A DNA stretch of 64,000 bases from Yuukianura sp. NJ FZ-2021 (lineage: Eukaryota), in assembly GCA_046563655.1 (NCBI GenBank), contig CM102284.1, forward strand, positions 7,316,001 through 7,380,000. The letters are read 5' to 3'. This document shows positions 1-17,856 of this stretch, piece after piece. Position 1 is the first letter of the stretch; the number at the start of each line of letters is the position of its first letter. The position numbers and the translations under genes are program-made. Below the pieces are notes generated by a model. It did no database searches. It was not told the DNA's origin and saw only the letters and a program-made list of their open reading frames with translations.

Positions 1-56
1 AGTGTGCCAATACTTTCACAAGCATCATTATGTTAAACTTTAGTTATGAAGTTAAC

Positions 57-1954
57 CTTCTTGATCTTCTTCTGCTCCTTCAACTTGCGACGTTGTTCTT
101 GCTTGTGCTGCTTCACCATTTCTGTCAAGTTTCCAATGTACTCGTCAGTTTGTGACAGCAAGAAGGCAAGACGCTTGTCTTTCTTCTGATCAATCAACTT
201 CCGGTAGCCCTCTTCATCTTCAGCCATAAGACGACGCATACGTTCCTTCTCAATTCGTTCCTGTTCTTTCTTCTGCTCTCGTTCAGCATTTGCATGATGA
301 AGAAGAATAGCTTTGTTGAGTCGGACAACCTTAAGTTGTTTCTCCTTATGATACTCCTTCAATTCTTTTCCATGTTGCATCACCGAAGACAGGAATTCCT
401 GGAATTAAAAAGTATACATGTGTATAATTGTGAATACTTGCGAACTATTAGTTATTACACGAACTTACTTGATGCTTTTGCCTCTGTTTACGTTCGGCTT
501 CCAGTTTTTGTTGTTTCTCCAACTTCTCTGTAGAACGAGCATCTCGCAATCCTTGTCTCTTGGTTCTCTTGTAAGCTTTGATGTTCACTGACGACTCCAA
601 AGAGGAATCACGTCTCATGCAGGAAACAACTTCTTGACGAAGCATTCGCTGAAAATTGAGAAGTCTCAATGCACGCAGTTCAATCTGTGCTTTCAGTCGA
701 AGATCCTCTGGCATCGACGTCGGAAGTGAACTTAATTCCAAGAGTCGCGAAGTAATTCTGGCTGCCAATCTGGAAAACAGAAAACAAAGTTTAAGTAAAC
801 GGACGCATTAATTTATTATTACAGTGTTACCTGTTTTCTTTTTCGTTCAAAAGTACAACCGGGTCGATTCCTGCAGGCTTCTCAATTGGTGTGAGTCTGT
901 TTTGTTTCTGTCCAGTAGTGGCTTGTGGAGCTGGAGGTTGACCTGTTTTAGCAACAGTAGTAATTGGCGGCTGTGCTGGTGCTGTTCCAGTTGCAGAGCT
1001 TGATGCTGGAGTTGGACTCACTGCTGGCGGTTGTGTGGTTCCTTGAGAAACAGGACCACCAGGTTGTGGAACTGGAGCCCCAGTTGGCTGCGGTGGAATT
1101 TGACCCGGCGGAGTTGATCCAGGACCTACGTATGAAAAACGTTTCTCAATTACACGGTCAAGCGCACAAGTTTGCGATTTGAATTGGTACCTGGTGGCGG
1201 GCCTGTTGGTGGAAGTGGACCGGGAGGAAACGTTGAACCTTCTGGACGTTTTCCGTGAATAGCTGCTGTAATTTGGGGCGGAATTGGTTGACTACGAGCC
1301 ACCATCCTGTACGCCATAATTTGAGCCTTCAACTGTTGAAGTTGCGGTGAAGATAGAAACGATGGTCTCGATGGATCCGGTTGTGGCCCTCCGTTGAAAG
1401 GCTACAAAGTTCAAACTTAATTAACATCTAAGAAATCGTTTATCATTTTCGATAAACCTTCTTACAGGCCTAGCATTAGGATCTTGTCCCGGTGGTGGCA
1501 TATTGGGTGCTCCATTCGGACCTAATTTTGCTTTCATTGCCATAAGTTGGCCGTACCGCGGATCTTCCTGCATTCCCTTCTCTTCCATCGTGTTTATGGC
1601 TCTGTGCAGCGCCTTGATGCTATCAGGAGGCTGAAAAGACAAATCAAACGTTATACTGTTGTCCATTCCACCATTACATAAGGTATATTCTACGCTTACT
1701 GGTCCTTGAGGATCCTGTGGGTGTTGTTGCGGTAAGTGATGTGTCGGAGGGCCTTGATGATGGGGCTGTTGCGGAGGCATTCCTTGGTGGAATTGCGGAG
1801 GCCCTTGCGGATGACCAACTTGCGGTTGTCCCATATTCGGTTGTTGTCCGTGATGCGGAGGGGGTGGACCTTGATGTGGCTGATGACCCGGAGGGCCCAT
1901 TGGCAAGGATTGTTGCTGTTGTGGGGGAGCGACACCGGAACCACTTTGCGACAT
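57..1954 (-). CDS. brm: Brahma/SMARCA2-SMARCA4 SWI/SNF ATPase, 5' part (gene continues beyond position 1)
   Basis: Phase-consistent GT-AG exons 1954-1700, 1630-1466, 1401-1191, 1125-831, 769-469, 398-57. Pro/Gln-rich N-terminus, QLQ domain ([17 protein letters not shown]), [16 protein letters not shown] domain ([44 protein letters not shown]). Confidence 0.95.
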
Positions 1955-4900
1955 TTTAATAAATTCTGACAAGCCTAAACCCTTGACAGATGACTCAGCT
2001 ACGGCTCACACCGATGTCACCGAACTAAAATGACGTAATAAATGAATGTTAAATTGAAATATCAATCCAGTAAACACTCTTAATTCAATTCATCCTTCTC
2101 CTTCCTTCCGCTGAAGCTGAAGGATACTCAGAGTCAGAGGCAAATTACAATAACAATTCCAATGTTTTTGTAAAGAATTTTCCAAATCACAAAGCAAATC
2201 CTGTAACTTTTATCAATCTCGAAAATTCTCACTTTCGCTTTTTTTTGTTCAAAAATCAATGTAAAGTTGAGCTGAGTTGTGTGCCACTACTGGGGTCTTT
2301 GCTTTGATTTCGCAATTTACGAAATAGTTAATAGACTAGTATAAAATATTAATCATGAAGTTAATTTAACTATTAATAACTTGACATATCAATGTTCATT
2401 ATGTTACCATCAATTAATTAATCTCAATATCATGTTGTAAATGGTTGAATTTTATTTTAGTTTGATTTTTCACATTTCCCTGCCATACAAAAAACTCAAT
2501 AATTTACCGTTCAAAAATTCCTACTAAAATTTTGAATTCCTTTGATTTCTCGACAGTAGATGGCAGCATTAATAGCACGCTCAAACATTTGTGCAACTTT
2601 ATATCATTCTTATTATTATTATAAAACTAATTCCGGGGTTGAATTACACAGTAACTCATTTAAATTTGTAGTTCAGAATTATGCATAAAGTAGGTTATAC
2701 AATTAAATATTACTCTAATTTCATAACACCGTTAAGAAAAGAAGAGCAACTAATTAAACTGCAACTTCAATGTCAACTGAGAGGACGAAAATATACAAGA
2801 AGATTCAAACGGAATAGAAATCTGTAGGTTTTAAAATTCCTGATCAGGAAAATCAGGAAAAAATTCCTGATCATTTTATAAAGTTGTTTGAAAAACCTAA
2901 CCTGCTTGAATTATTTGTGAATAAAATTAATTCTACGAACATTCAGTTCCCTCAAATGCAAAACTTACACTTGTAGTACTAGTGAAAGTTAGAGTAACGA
3001 AGTTAGTGTATTAAATGGCGAGGAAAGTTGTTTTGTTCTTGTGGTCATTTCTTCCGTTCAATTGCCCCTGGAAGGGACTTTGGAATAATCAAAGTGCTCA
3101 AAATGGAACTTAATCGCTTATTGGATACATTTGAACCCCTTCATAGCCTAGCTTCGTAGTTGGAAGTATTAAGTTAACGTTGTAAGTTGTACAGTTCTAA
3201 TGGTATTAATGGAATAATAAAGGCTTTAGTTTTGTCCTAATGAATAAATATGTGAAGATGGGAATGATGTGGGATTTGGCTTTAATTCCACTTTCTCCTG
3301 CTCCCCTTCTACTTCCGTTTATTACCAAGGAAAGCCCTTGTGGAGCCTCTAATTCACGAATATCCAGAACTCAGCAGGATTCAAAATGAGTGTAAATGAT
3401 TCAATTAATCATTAATTCCAGGGTGGGGTTCCTCCTCTATTCCACATTCACAACAACATAACGCAGAAATCATCACAAAATCATCTTTTTAGTTGATAAT
3501 CAAAATAATAACAAGAACTAGCATGTTTACAATTCGAAATTTCGAAATCCGAAAAACTCAAACCTAAAATTTCAATGATTCGTCAAGTTTTTCTTGCAAT
3601 CTGCAGCTTGAACTGCGCAAATATAATAGAAATTAACAAAAGTTAAAATAGCATTCTCCAACCATTTACACCGAAAAACCGCAACTTTAGCTTTAGAACA
3701 GAGGAGATCACTCACGTCAAATATTTTGAGCGGAATGTAACTAATGTACTTTCTTCTGATTTTGAATTGGTGAAAGTAGCGCATCCAAAGATTATTAACG
3801 TGAAAGTTTTGAAGCATAAGTAGGAAGTTGGATATCAAGCATTATGAGAAACAATGGAGATGAAACGGAAACTACTAGATGATGGTTGGTGTAATAGGAT
3901 TTTATGAGCAGAGTGAAAAGGAAGATGCTGCTGGATTCCGCAGTTATCCAAAATTTCAACGACTCCTGTTGTGAAGATTAATATGAATGTGAACAACTAC
4001 AACGACTAAAGTGGAGTCCTAATCCAATTTACATTTTCCCTATTCCATACATGTACTATGTACATAACACAATGACCAAAGAATTACACTTGGAATTACA
4101 AAGTTGAACATACGAAAAGTTGAAACTTTCCCGCAAACAAAATTACATCAACAAAACTACAAAGTTCTGGTGACCATTAAATATTACGATTCCAAACCAC
4201 CAATTCGCAAAACAACGAACTTTGACTATCAAAATGGAAAGTTCTGGAGAAAGCACAAGTCGATTATAATCTTTTTCCCATAAAATTTTTTGTGCCGGAT
4301 GAACCAACGAAAATTCAAAAGTTCATAATCTCCCTACCCAACGCCTATATTTGGTTATGGTGACATTTTGATTTTGTTTGTGGTGAAAGAAAAAGAAAAA
4401 CCATGTAGGAGAAAATTTGTTGTGTGGTTTCACACTTGAAATTTATTGCTCAAATTTTATGCTTAAAAGAGAAACTGAGGAGAAAACAATTGAAATTCTC
4501 AGAAACTGGAAGATTCTAGAGAGAGAAAAAAATTGAAAACACTACGGAGTTTTTTTTTGTGAAGCACATAAATAAAATTAATCTGCTGCTTTCTTTTGTA
4601 ACTTGATTTCCCTAAACTATTTCCTCCTTGCTTTCTCCTTGTAACTGAATTTACTTTTGGTTAACTTTTTTTTTGTATTACAGAGAAGAGGATTCGAAGA
4701 CGTTCCCGCTTGACTTTCACTTTCGGGAGAAAGCGGGAGAGAAATGATGTGCGAAATTGTGTCAATTTGGTGTCCCTTACCAACGAATTATGACTTCCAT
4801 TAAAAACATATCCAACTTTCACTTTTAAAAATCATGAAAGTTATTTTATTTTTTTCAAAAACTTTCACTTTGGAGTTATTAAGTTAAAGTTAGGTTATGT

Positions 4901-7442
4901 TGTGGGTGACACTTTTGTTGCAGTTACTTTTGTAAGCTTGTTTAGTAAAGTTGTGTGATTTGTCTTGTTGTTCTGTCTAGTTGGGAACAATCAATCAGCC
5001 TAACTGAAAACCTATTACTTACAACCTCTGTCCCCTTGAGTCTCTTCTGTAAGAGGACTTAGACCAGGTAATTACATTAGGAGGCTGGAATTGAATAAAA
5101 CCCATTCCACTGAACATCTTGTCACGAATTGAACACATCCATAACCTTTGAACTCTAACTTAACCTAAAACAAAAGAAAGCAGAGGAACTCTGAGATTCG
5201 CATCTTGCCAAAACAGGAAACAAGGAGAACCTGATTTATTAAATTGCATCAAATCAACTTCAGAGCAAACAATCACTTTCTCCATTGTCTCTTTTCTGCT
5301 TTCTTTTGTGACAAACTAGGACACAAATCCATCCAGAGATCAATCAAACGCTAAACGTTAGGGTTCATGACTTGGCTAATTACAAAATATATGAATTTTG
5401 AAGCTGAAACAAAAAATTGTTTGCTTGTTCATTTTTTTTTATAGTGGAGAAACCAGTTGAAGTAAAACCGGTTTAACTTTTACGCTAACTCACAAAACTT
5501 CGAATTTGAAACTTGAAATGCAACAAAAGTTGTATTTTTGGTCTTACTTTTTCGAATGCTTAAAAAGTTGTGTTCCGAATCCTGAAAAAGAAAGTTACCG
5601 TTGGCAATTTGCTTTCTCCACAGTCGTTTTCCCAGTCTGGAAGTTTAGTTGACTCAAGTGATTACCGTAACAAACCTAATTGAATAACATTTTCATCCTA
5701 CATTGAACAATTTCAATTTTCCATCCTTGCTTTCTCCTCGCTCAAAATCCCAGAGTTAAAAAAGTAAGAAAAAAAAATGCGATAAAAACTTTTAGCTCTG
5801 CTTTCCACTTTTAGTAAGTTTTAAGTAAAACTACATGTTAAAACGAAACGTGCATCAAAAGGAATGTCTTAAACACAACAAGAATTCAATTAACCTAATA
5901 ATTTAAATTTATAATTGTTAATTCTAATAAGAATTAATATTTATGAACGTATAAAAAAATAATAATGATAGTAATAATAATAATAAATAATAATATAATA
6001 TAATTTTATAATATGCTGCAACTAATATTCATAAATTTCTCCATTTCTTTTTTTTTGAGGGTTTTGAATTCTGTTTTTTTGTACTGGAAAATTCTGCTTA
6101 TTTTTGAAACTGATTTTTTTTGAATCCTATTTGATTTTAGAACAGAGTTTTTATTGAGTAGAATTTGAAGAGTAAATCTGGTTTCTTTTTTTGAGAGGCC
6201 CTTATTCAATTTGCCTAACTCTATTGAATTAGGTTGAGAGACAGAGGGAATGTTATGGAAAAATCTTTTGTTTTACTTCGTAATTTCCAACTTGTTTCAA
6301 CAATCTTCTGGAAGGGTAGACTCGTCAGTAAGGGAAATTGAATTAGTTTAATTTGTTCGTTTGAAGTAGCGCTTTTAGGTTTAGTCACAAAATTGTACGA
6401 GTAAAGACTAGAGCAAGGGAGAAATCAGTGAGTCAGTCAACGGTATAAAATTATCAACTATTTAACTCAATCTTCCTTTCCTTCTTTTGTGTACTTTGGA
6501 AATCAAGGATTTAGCTACGTTAAGTCTAGTGGCACTTATTCAATAACTTCCCATCCTAAGCTAAGGCAGTTTAGGAGGAACTAAAATTTTAAATTTTGGA
6601 AAAAAGCTTTTTTGAAAACTTAAAATTCGGAGCATGTTTCTTGGTAGGAGAGAGCAGGGGAAATAAGTTGATTTGTGAAGGCAATTGAGAGTGTCTTGCG
6701 AAGTAGTAGTGCTGGTTGGGTTAAGCTTAGAGTGAGGTGGGGGTCAGTGGTCAAGGAAATGGACATTGGAGAAAATTAAGTTCAATTTGTTTCAACGTAA
6801 AGTAGGACGTAAATGGTACTAGAGAAAGTCGTTTTTCAACTTGAATTTTTAGAAAAGTAGAAAGTGTAAAATGAAGTAAAAGTGGCTGGTCCAGTAACGA
6901 AACCGAAATAAGTTACTTTCTAAGCACCAATTTCATAAGCAAATTTTTTGAGAAATATGAAATTTCAGTTTCGTTTGTCGTGTTTAGGAAATTGACGCTG
7001 ATGAAATTGCTTTATGCTTAACGCATACTGTCCAGTTTAATAAAGGGAGAAAGGGGTGAAAAATGGTACTAACCAAAATTGTTCCCAAAAGGCCTACGAT
7101 ACTGGACGAGCTAAAATTTGAAAACGGAAAGTTCAAAATCTTGAAGTTGAAAGTAACTAAAACTTTTACAAATTCTAAAATAACTTTATTTTCAAATCTG
7201 AGCTGCTTAAGCGTTAGCTTTTCGTTGGATTTTCAGTTCTTTCTACCCCAATACAAGCGCTATGCTTTCTCCTGGGAAAGTTGTGTGGGGAAAGAGAACG
7301 ACTTTGGCCTGTTGGAAGTTGAATTCATTTGGAGAGCGAAAGGGGTCGAGATCAGTTGGAACTTCATTCACCTTCCTCAAACTGTTCAAAATTTTGAAAC
7401 GTCTCATCGTTTCAATTTCCAAATTTTGAAAAAACCACTAAA

Positions 7443-12630
<5,188 letters not shown>

Positions 12631-15600
12631 AACTTACAGAAAGTTAAGATTTTAATAGCAAGAATTTTAAAATTAAATAAATTTAGAAAATCCTAACCAT
12701 TATGTGTAAGCTAAATTCCGAGAAGTAAAATTTTAGTGTTGAATTTTGGAAAAGTTTTGCTGAAATTGAATGCCGAACAAAAAGTTACTGAAATCTGCAA
12801 TAGAGTTTAAATTTTATTTTTCTAGAGATATTTTATACTTCTTTTTAGGCGGCGTTTTAGTTGTAACAATTTTGTGGAATGGAATTTTTTTTCTTGATTT
12901 CTTTTAATTTTCTTTTTCTGAAATCGACTTCATATGAAAAGGCCAAATTTGTGTCTAATATTTTTCTGGAGAGATGATGCTTATACTCGTGTTGATCCTG
13001 GAATTCATCTGGACAGCATAAGGGCTAATTGAATTGCTGCGTCCAAAAGCATTTAGAACAACTTTTCCCTCTTTCGCTCTTGATTCGACTGATCAGTTCC
13101 AGTTAAACATGAAAGTAACAAATATTCTGTAGGATATTCCATGGAAAAAGATTCCTTGGAAGAAAGCATGATTCAATTTACTTGTCACATTTGATTCTTC
13201 CCCCTCCGCCTTAATTCCTTCTGCCAAACTAATGAATTTGGCTGCTCTTGGCCTAATTTGACTCGTGAGAATTGGTTAGCTTCGTCCACAGCAAAATTTA
13301 GGCAGGCAAGAGAAAGTTTTCATAAAAAAAATGTAAATGTCGCACATTTACTGTGGGAAATTTGGAATTTTTTGTAGGAAGTATTTTTCAAGTTGTGTTA
13401 ACGTTTGTATAAATTTAGAAAAACAGGGTAGAAACAATTGCTTTCGGGGTGGAGGAGGGGATGAAAGGGTTGAATTTGGTTTGGTTTGTTTGAAGCTGAC
13501 TGTAGGAGGGTAAGTAATTGAATTAGAGGCCAATGGGGTCCAACAGAGGCGGTTTCACAATGACTCCAGCTCAACATAATTGGATCTGACATGGGGAAAG
13601 TAGAAAGCAGGGAAGGAACAGCCCAGAACAACTGGACATGCGTCGCCACTTTCGCGCAGCAACTCAAAACAATAGCAGTAGCACAGGGAAAGTCTGAGAG
13701 AAAGCAATTGGAGTTCAAAACTTTGAAAAACCTCCAAAAACTTTTTTAAATTTTTTAAAATTACAATGCGATTTTTAATCTCAAGAATAACAAGGAAAGA
13801 TTGTTGACATTCAGTTTTGCAGTTGGAAGAACAAAAAATCAGAAAATTACGACTTTCAGCGTACTTTCACCGGTGGAAAAAAATCTGTTGATGAAAATAT
13901 TGAAAATCGAGGGCGTTTTCGAATCAGGTCAAAAACGGGGTCAATTTTGAGATTTTTTTTCTAGATTTTGAACAAAGGCTAGTTTGAAATTTGGAGGTTG
14001 AGGTTGACTGTAAGTGTGACCGTGACTGGAGCTGGTGTGACACGTCGTGTTGAGAGAGTCGTTAGTCGTTAGGGTGTCCGAGAGAAAGTGGGTAGTGAAA
14101 GAAGTTTGAGTGATTTAGGGTAATGGTGATTTCGGTGGGACAAGAGTCCAGTTCCTGCAAGTTTAGTTTCAACTTTTCCCTAATCTAATTGCCTTCCTAT
14201 CGAATATGACATTATATATTAGCACTTTAGCTGCCCTCCACACCAGAAAAACTTAGAACCGAGAAAAAGTTGGGCCACTCTTTTTCTGGAAGAGTCGGGC
14301 ATTTCGTGGACACTGGCTCCTTCCAGAGAATTCGAGAATGGATGGAGTGAGAGGGCTCAAATGGGCATCACCGTATTGCACTTTCTCCTCTGCCAACTTT
14401 ACTTTCACTGCCCTCCCGTCTCACTTACTTTGTCTCAAACTTTGGGAAAGTGACCTGTGTCCAGAACTGTCCAGGATCACAGGACACATAACCAAGATTT
14501 ACAGTCACCTTCCCAATGAACACTCCTCTTTTGCACATCTCCGTGACACCGGTGACCTCTGACCTTTCGCTCACAAGACTCCACACAATAAAATTCCAAT
14601 TCCGGTACAGTGTATAAATGTATAAAAAGTTCACCAGTCTTCCAGTAACCAATTTCTCACCGTACTGAATCACTTCTCTACACAAAATCATTGAAAATAA
14701 CTTAAATGTAAAGCTAATCAGTTGAACTATGAGTGTTAATCTAGTTAATCGACCAATCTAATTAACTAAAACGCTGTTACAAAACTAGCTAAATTCAGCT
14801 GTATGCTGTATTACGCGCTGTACCGCTTGGTACCGCAGCAGCATCTACCGGCTGGAAAAGGAATTTTGAAGATGTCAATTTTAGTATAGCGGTTTAAAAT
14901 TGCGAATATACAGCGTATCCTATAAGGGCAATCCCCTAAGTTCACTCAACTTTTACTTTCTTCCAGAAGAGTCCTGCTCTAGATACATTCTTGCCCTTGT
15001 TCTTTTACAATTGGAACAACGGGACTTTATCTGATTAACGGTTGATTTAATTCAATCATCGTTAAATTAGTTACAATTAACAATTGGAAGTTTAAGTAAG
15101 GTTAGGTGTGAAAGTACTGTGTGTTTTTCAGTAACTTTAGAGTGTGGGTTGGGTGACGACGGGGTGCTGCTGCATAAAGTGGAACCAAAGAAAAAACAGT
15201 TAAGAAAGTGGGCCGTTCATTCTTCTGCGAGATCCACTTTACCATGTCATCCTAGAGTTTCGAACTTGTTTGTTTTCATTAATCGAAATCACTAAACTGG
15301 GCTGGAGGACGAAGGGTTGAGTGGGTAATTGGCTTCTGTGGAGAGGAGTAATCAGTGATTACTGTTATTCCGTAGTAAAAGCTGTAACTGTGTGTGGAAT
15401 TCCACATTGGAGAGGACGTCTTTCTCTTTAGTGTTTTCTTGGAAGTGGTCCATCCGTCATCTGGGTCTTCCTGAGTAAGTTACTGTTTTTGGTCCATTAG
15501 ATGATAAGAGAATTCCGTTATAAAGTTGGGGAGTTCTAGATGTATTTACGTCAATGAAGGATAAGGAGTTTAGTTTGATCTGTGATTTCTAATGAATTGT

Positions 15601-15636
15601 TGATTTTGTTATGTTCACAGGAGATATTGACAAAGG

Positions 15637-17542
15637 ATGGTCGTTTTCCCGACGATTGGTCTGTTCAAGGAGGCTGCCCAACATCTGTCGAATCTTTGTC
15701 AAGTACGAGTAGCCTGGTTCCATTGTCACCGAGCCTCCATTACGCGAATTCATCGTCTCAAGTACCTCCGTGCCTATCCAACGCTCTTGGTCAATCCGGA
15801 CGGCTCAACGATCACTATTCGATACCACGAACCGCGAGCTATCATTCGGGTAAAGCAATTATAATGTTGTTATTCTAGAAATCATAGATCTGAACTAATC
15901 TTAGACGTCGTGATGATGCAAATTCCGGACTAGTTTATATCTGCAATCCTCACCTGCCAGTATCATTCTCAGTGCTGTTGCGATTAGGAATTTAACTGCA
16001 TTTAACCGTAATTACATAAGTAACTCCATCATTCCATTTCTAACGATTCATTCTATTTTGAACTGCTTATTCTAAGCCTATCATGTCCCGTTTTTCAAAC
16101 TTTTCCTGCATAAGTGTACCGGCGACTTGTTTTTCTCAAGTGTCTTTTATGATAACCTCTATTCGCTCATTCCCGAAGATTAAGATTCGTGTTAAATTTG
16201 GAGACGCAAATTCTAAGTTAACGATAATTAACTTGGTAGTAGTATAATAAGTTGTTTCCGTGGTCGATAGGTGTAAAAAGGCACGTAAACCTTGAAATTG
16301 AATCATGCTCTGTCTCTCATGTGATACTTCAATGATATTTTCTTCTACCAGTTTACCAGTTATGACTTATTAAGGGGATGAGTAGATTGACGTTGCGTTA
16401 TACAATAGCAATTCCGTTTTTTGTGTCCGTGTGCCATTCCAAGTTTTATTATACAAACGATTTTCGTCACACCTTCAGTCATGTACTAAGCAAACAAGGC
16501 AATTACTCAAGTTACGCATACTAGAATCATCAAGATTTTCCGTCAGGACGTGTCATTTGCTTTCAAAAGTCCAGAAAAGAAGTATTTCCAGTTCTTATTT
16601 TTATTAGTTTGACTTTGAGGTATTTCAGTAGTTCAGTAGTTGAAGCTAAACAAGGTTATCGATAGCTCGAAGTAGATTTTTGAGGAAGTTGCCTATTTGG
16701 AATCAATAGTTGCATCCGGTTTGTCATTTGGAAAAGCGGAAAACGGATTTTAGAAGAAGCGCAAGTGGGTTAACTTCTGAGAAATTGTCATAGTAGATCG
16801 AACTCCAAGAAGTCGTTAATCATTTCCGGATGAAATTGGCACACAATAGTTTAACTTTAACGAGCTTAACAAATTAAGTTCTCTACTACGTCTACAATAA
16901 CAAAGTTTTGTTGTTTACTCGTGTTTTCAACAGTTTTTTTTAGAAACTGGTTTAAAATTCGGCTGCAACGATTATATTGAGTTGACCTTATCGAACAATG
17001 TGCAAAACCTGCTGAATTTTGTGTGTAATTTTATTTACTCACGATATCGATTATTAGAAAACTGGCATGTGTTGTGTAACAAAAGGGAACGAGGCCAAAA
17101 ATCCATTGAAAAGTAAAAGTGTACACACAAGAAACAGTAAAATTGTGAAGGTTTTAAACATAACAGTAGTGGAAAAGTCTCAGGAACAGTTCTTAATACA
17201 TAAATCATTTAAGTTGCTAGCCTACTAAATTATTTAATTGAGGAGGAGCTGCTCTTGCCTTTGAGAAACTACTGGGAGTGTGTCAGAGTTATCAAAGTGT
17301 GTACGAAGTTATATAAAAGGCTAGTCATAAAATGCGATCAATTTTAGCATGGAAACTAATTGATTCTTTTTGGTTTCTTTTTATAGCTCCCTTACGACAT
17401 TACGAATTTGAGCGATTCGGAAAAGAAAATACACTTGGAGAGACGAAAACCACGAACACGGATTGCAGTCGACGCAGAAGATACTCTCAGTGTGGCCAGT
17501 TTTGATAGTCGAAAGTACATCAATCTAGTGAAGAAGAAGTAG
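15637..17542 (+). CDS. mRpL55: Mitochondrial ribosomal protein L55 (bL31m), 122 aa
   Basis: Coding exons 15637-15849 and 17387-17542 (phase 0): ...[62 protein letters not shown]... Acceptor at 15620 and donor GTAAGT at 15475 suggest an upstream UTR exon. Confidence 0.92.
16657..16664. promoter_or_regulatory. DRE-type motif TATCGATA inside the long mRpL55 intron (possible internal promoter for RAD54L2)
   Basis: Perfect TATCGATA palindrome, with a near-match TATCGATT at ~17045. DRE is an insect housekeeping core-promoter element. Function here is inferred only. Confidence 0.3.
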
Positions 17543-17697
17543 AATTGTAATTTACAAGTTCAAAGCAGTAGTTTTCAAGTTACTTTTTAGTCAAGTTTAG
17601 CAAGTAATCGGAACCCTAGATCCAGTTTCTACCCACTCACTGTCAGAAGTTCCAATTCCAGCGGGAATTCTGTTCTAAAGGAATTGGTATGTAACTG

Positions 17698-17703
17698 AAT
17701 AAA
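17698..17703 (+). terminator. AATAAA poly(A) signal for mRpL55
   Basis: First AATAAA after the stop at 17542, followed by a T/GT-rich tract (ttctgttctgttgct). Confidence 0.6.
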
Positions 17704-17856
17704 ACTTTGAATTATGTAGTACTCCTTACTTCTGTTCTGTTGCTCAACATTTATTTCAGCTTGTTTTTGTGCTCATTAATTTTCGTACTTTGTTTTTCAA
17801 TGCAGTGTGTGTTCCTCCAAAACATCATCAACCTTCGTCGTTCGCACAAACTAAGT

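Noticed and set aside
15582-15878. 98-aa ORF overlapping mRpL55 in another frame
   Set aside because: Starts at a GTG in intron sequence, has no ATG in the exon and no recognisable domain.
17707-17856. Hydrophobic N-terminal extension of the RAD54L2 ORF
   Set aside because: Mostly T-rich intron sequence with a TTG start, upstream of the 17805 acceptor.
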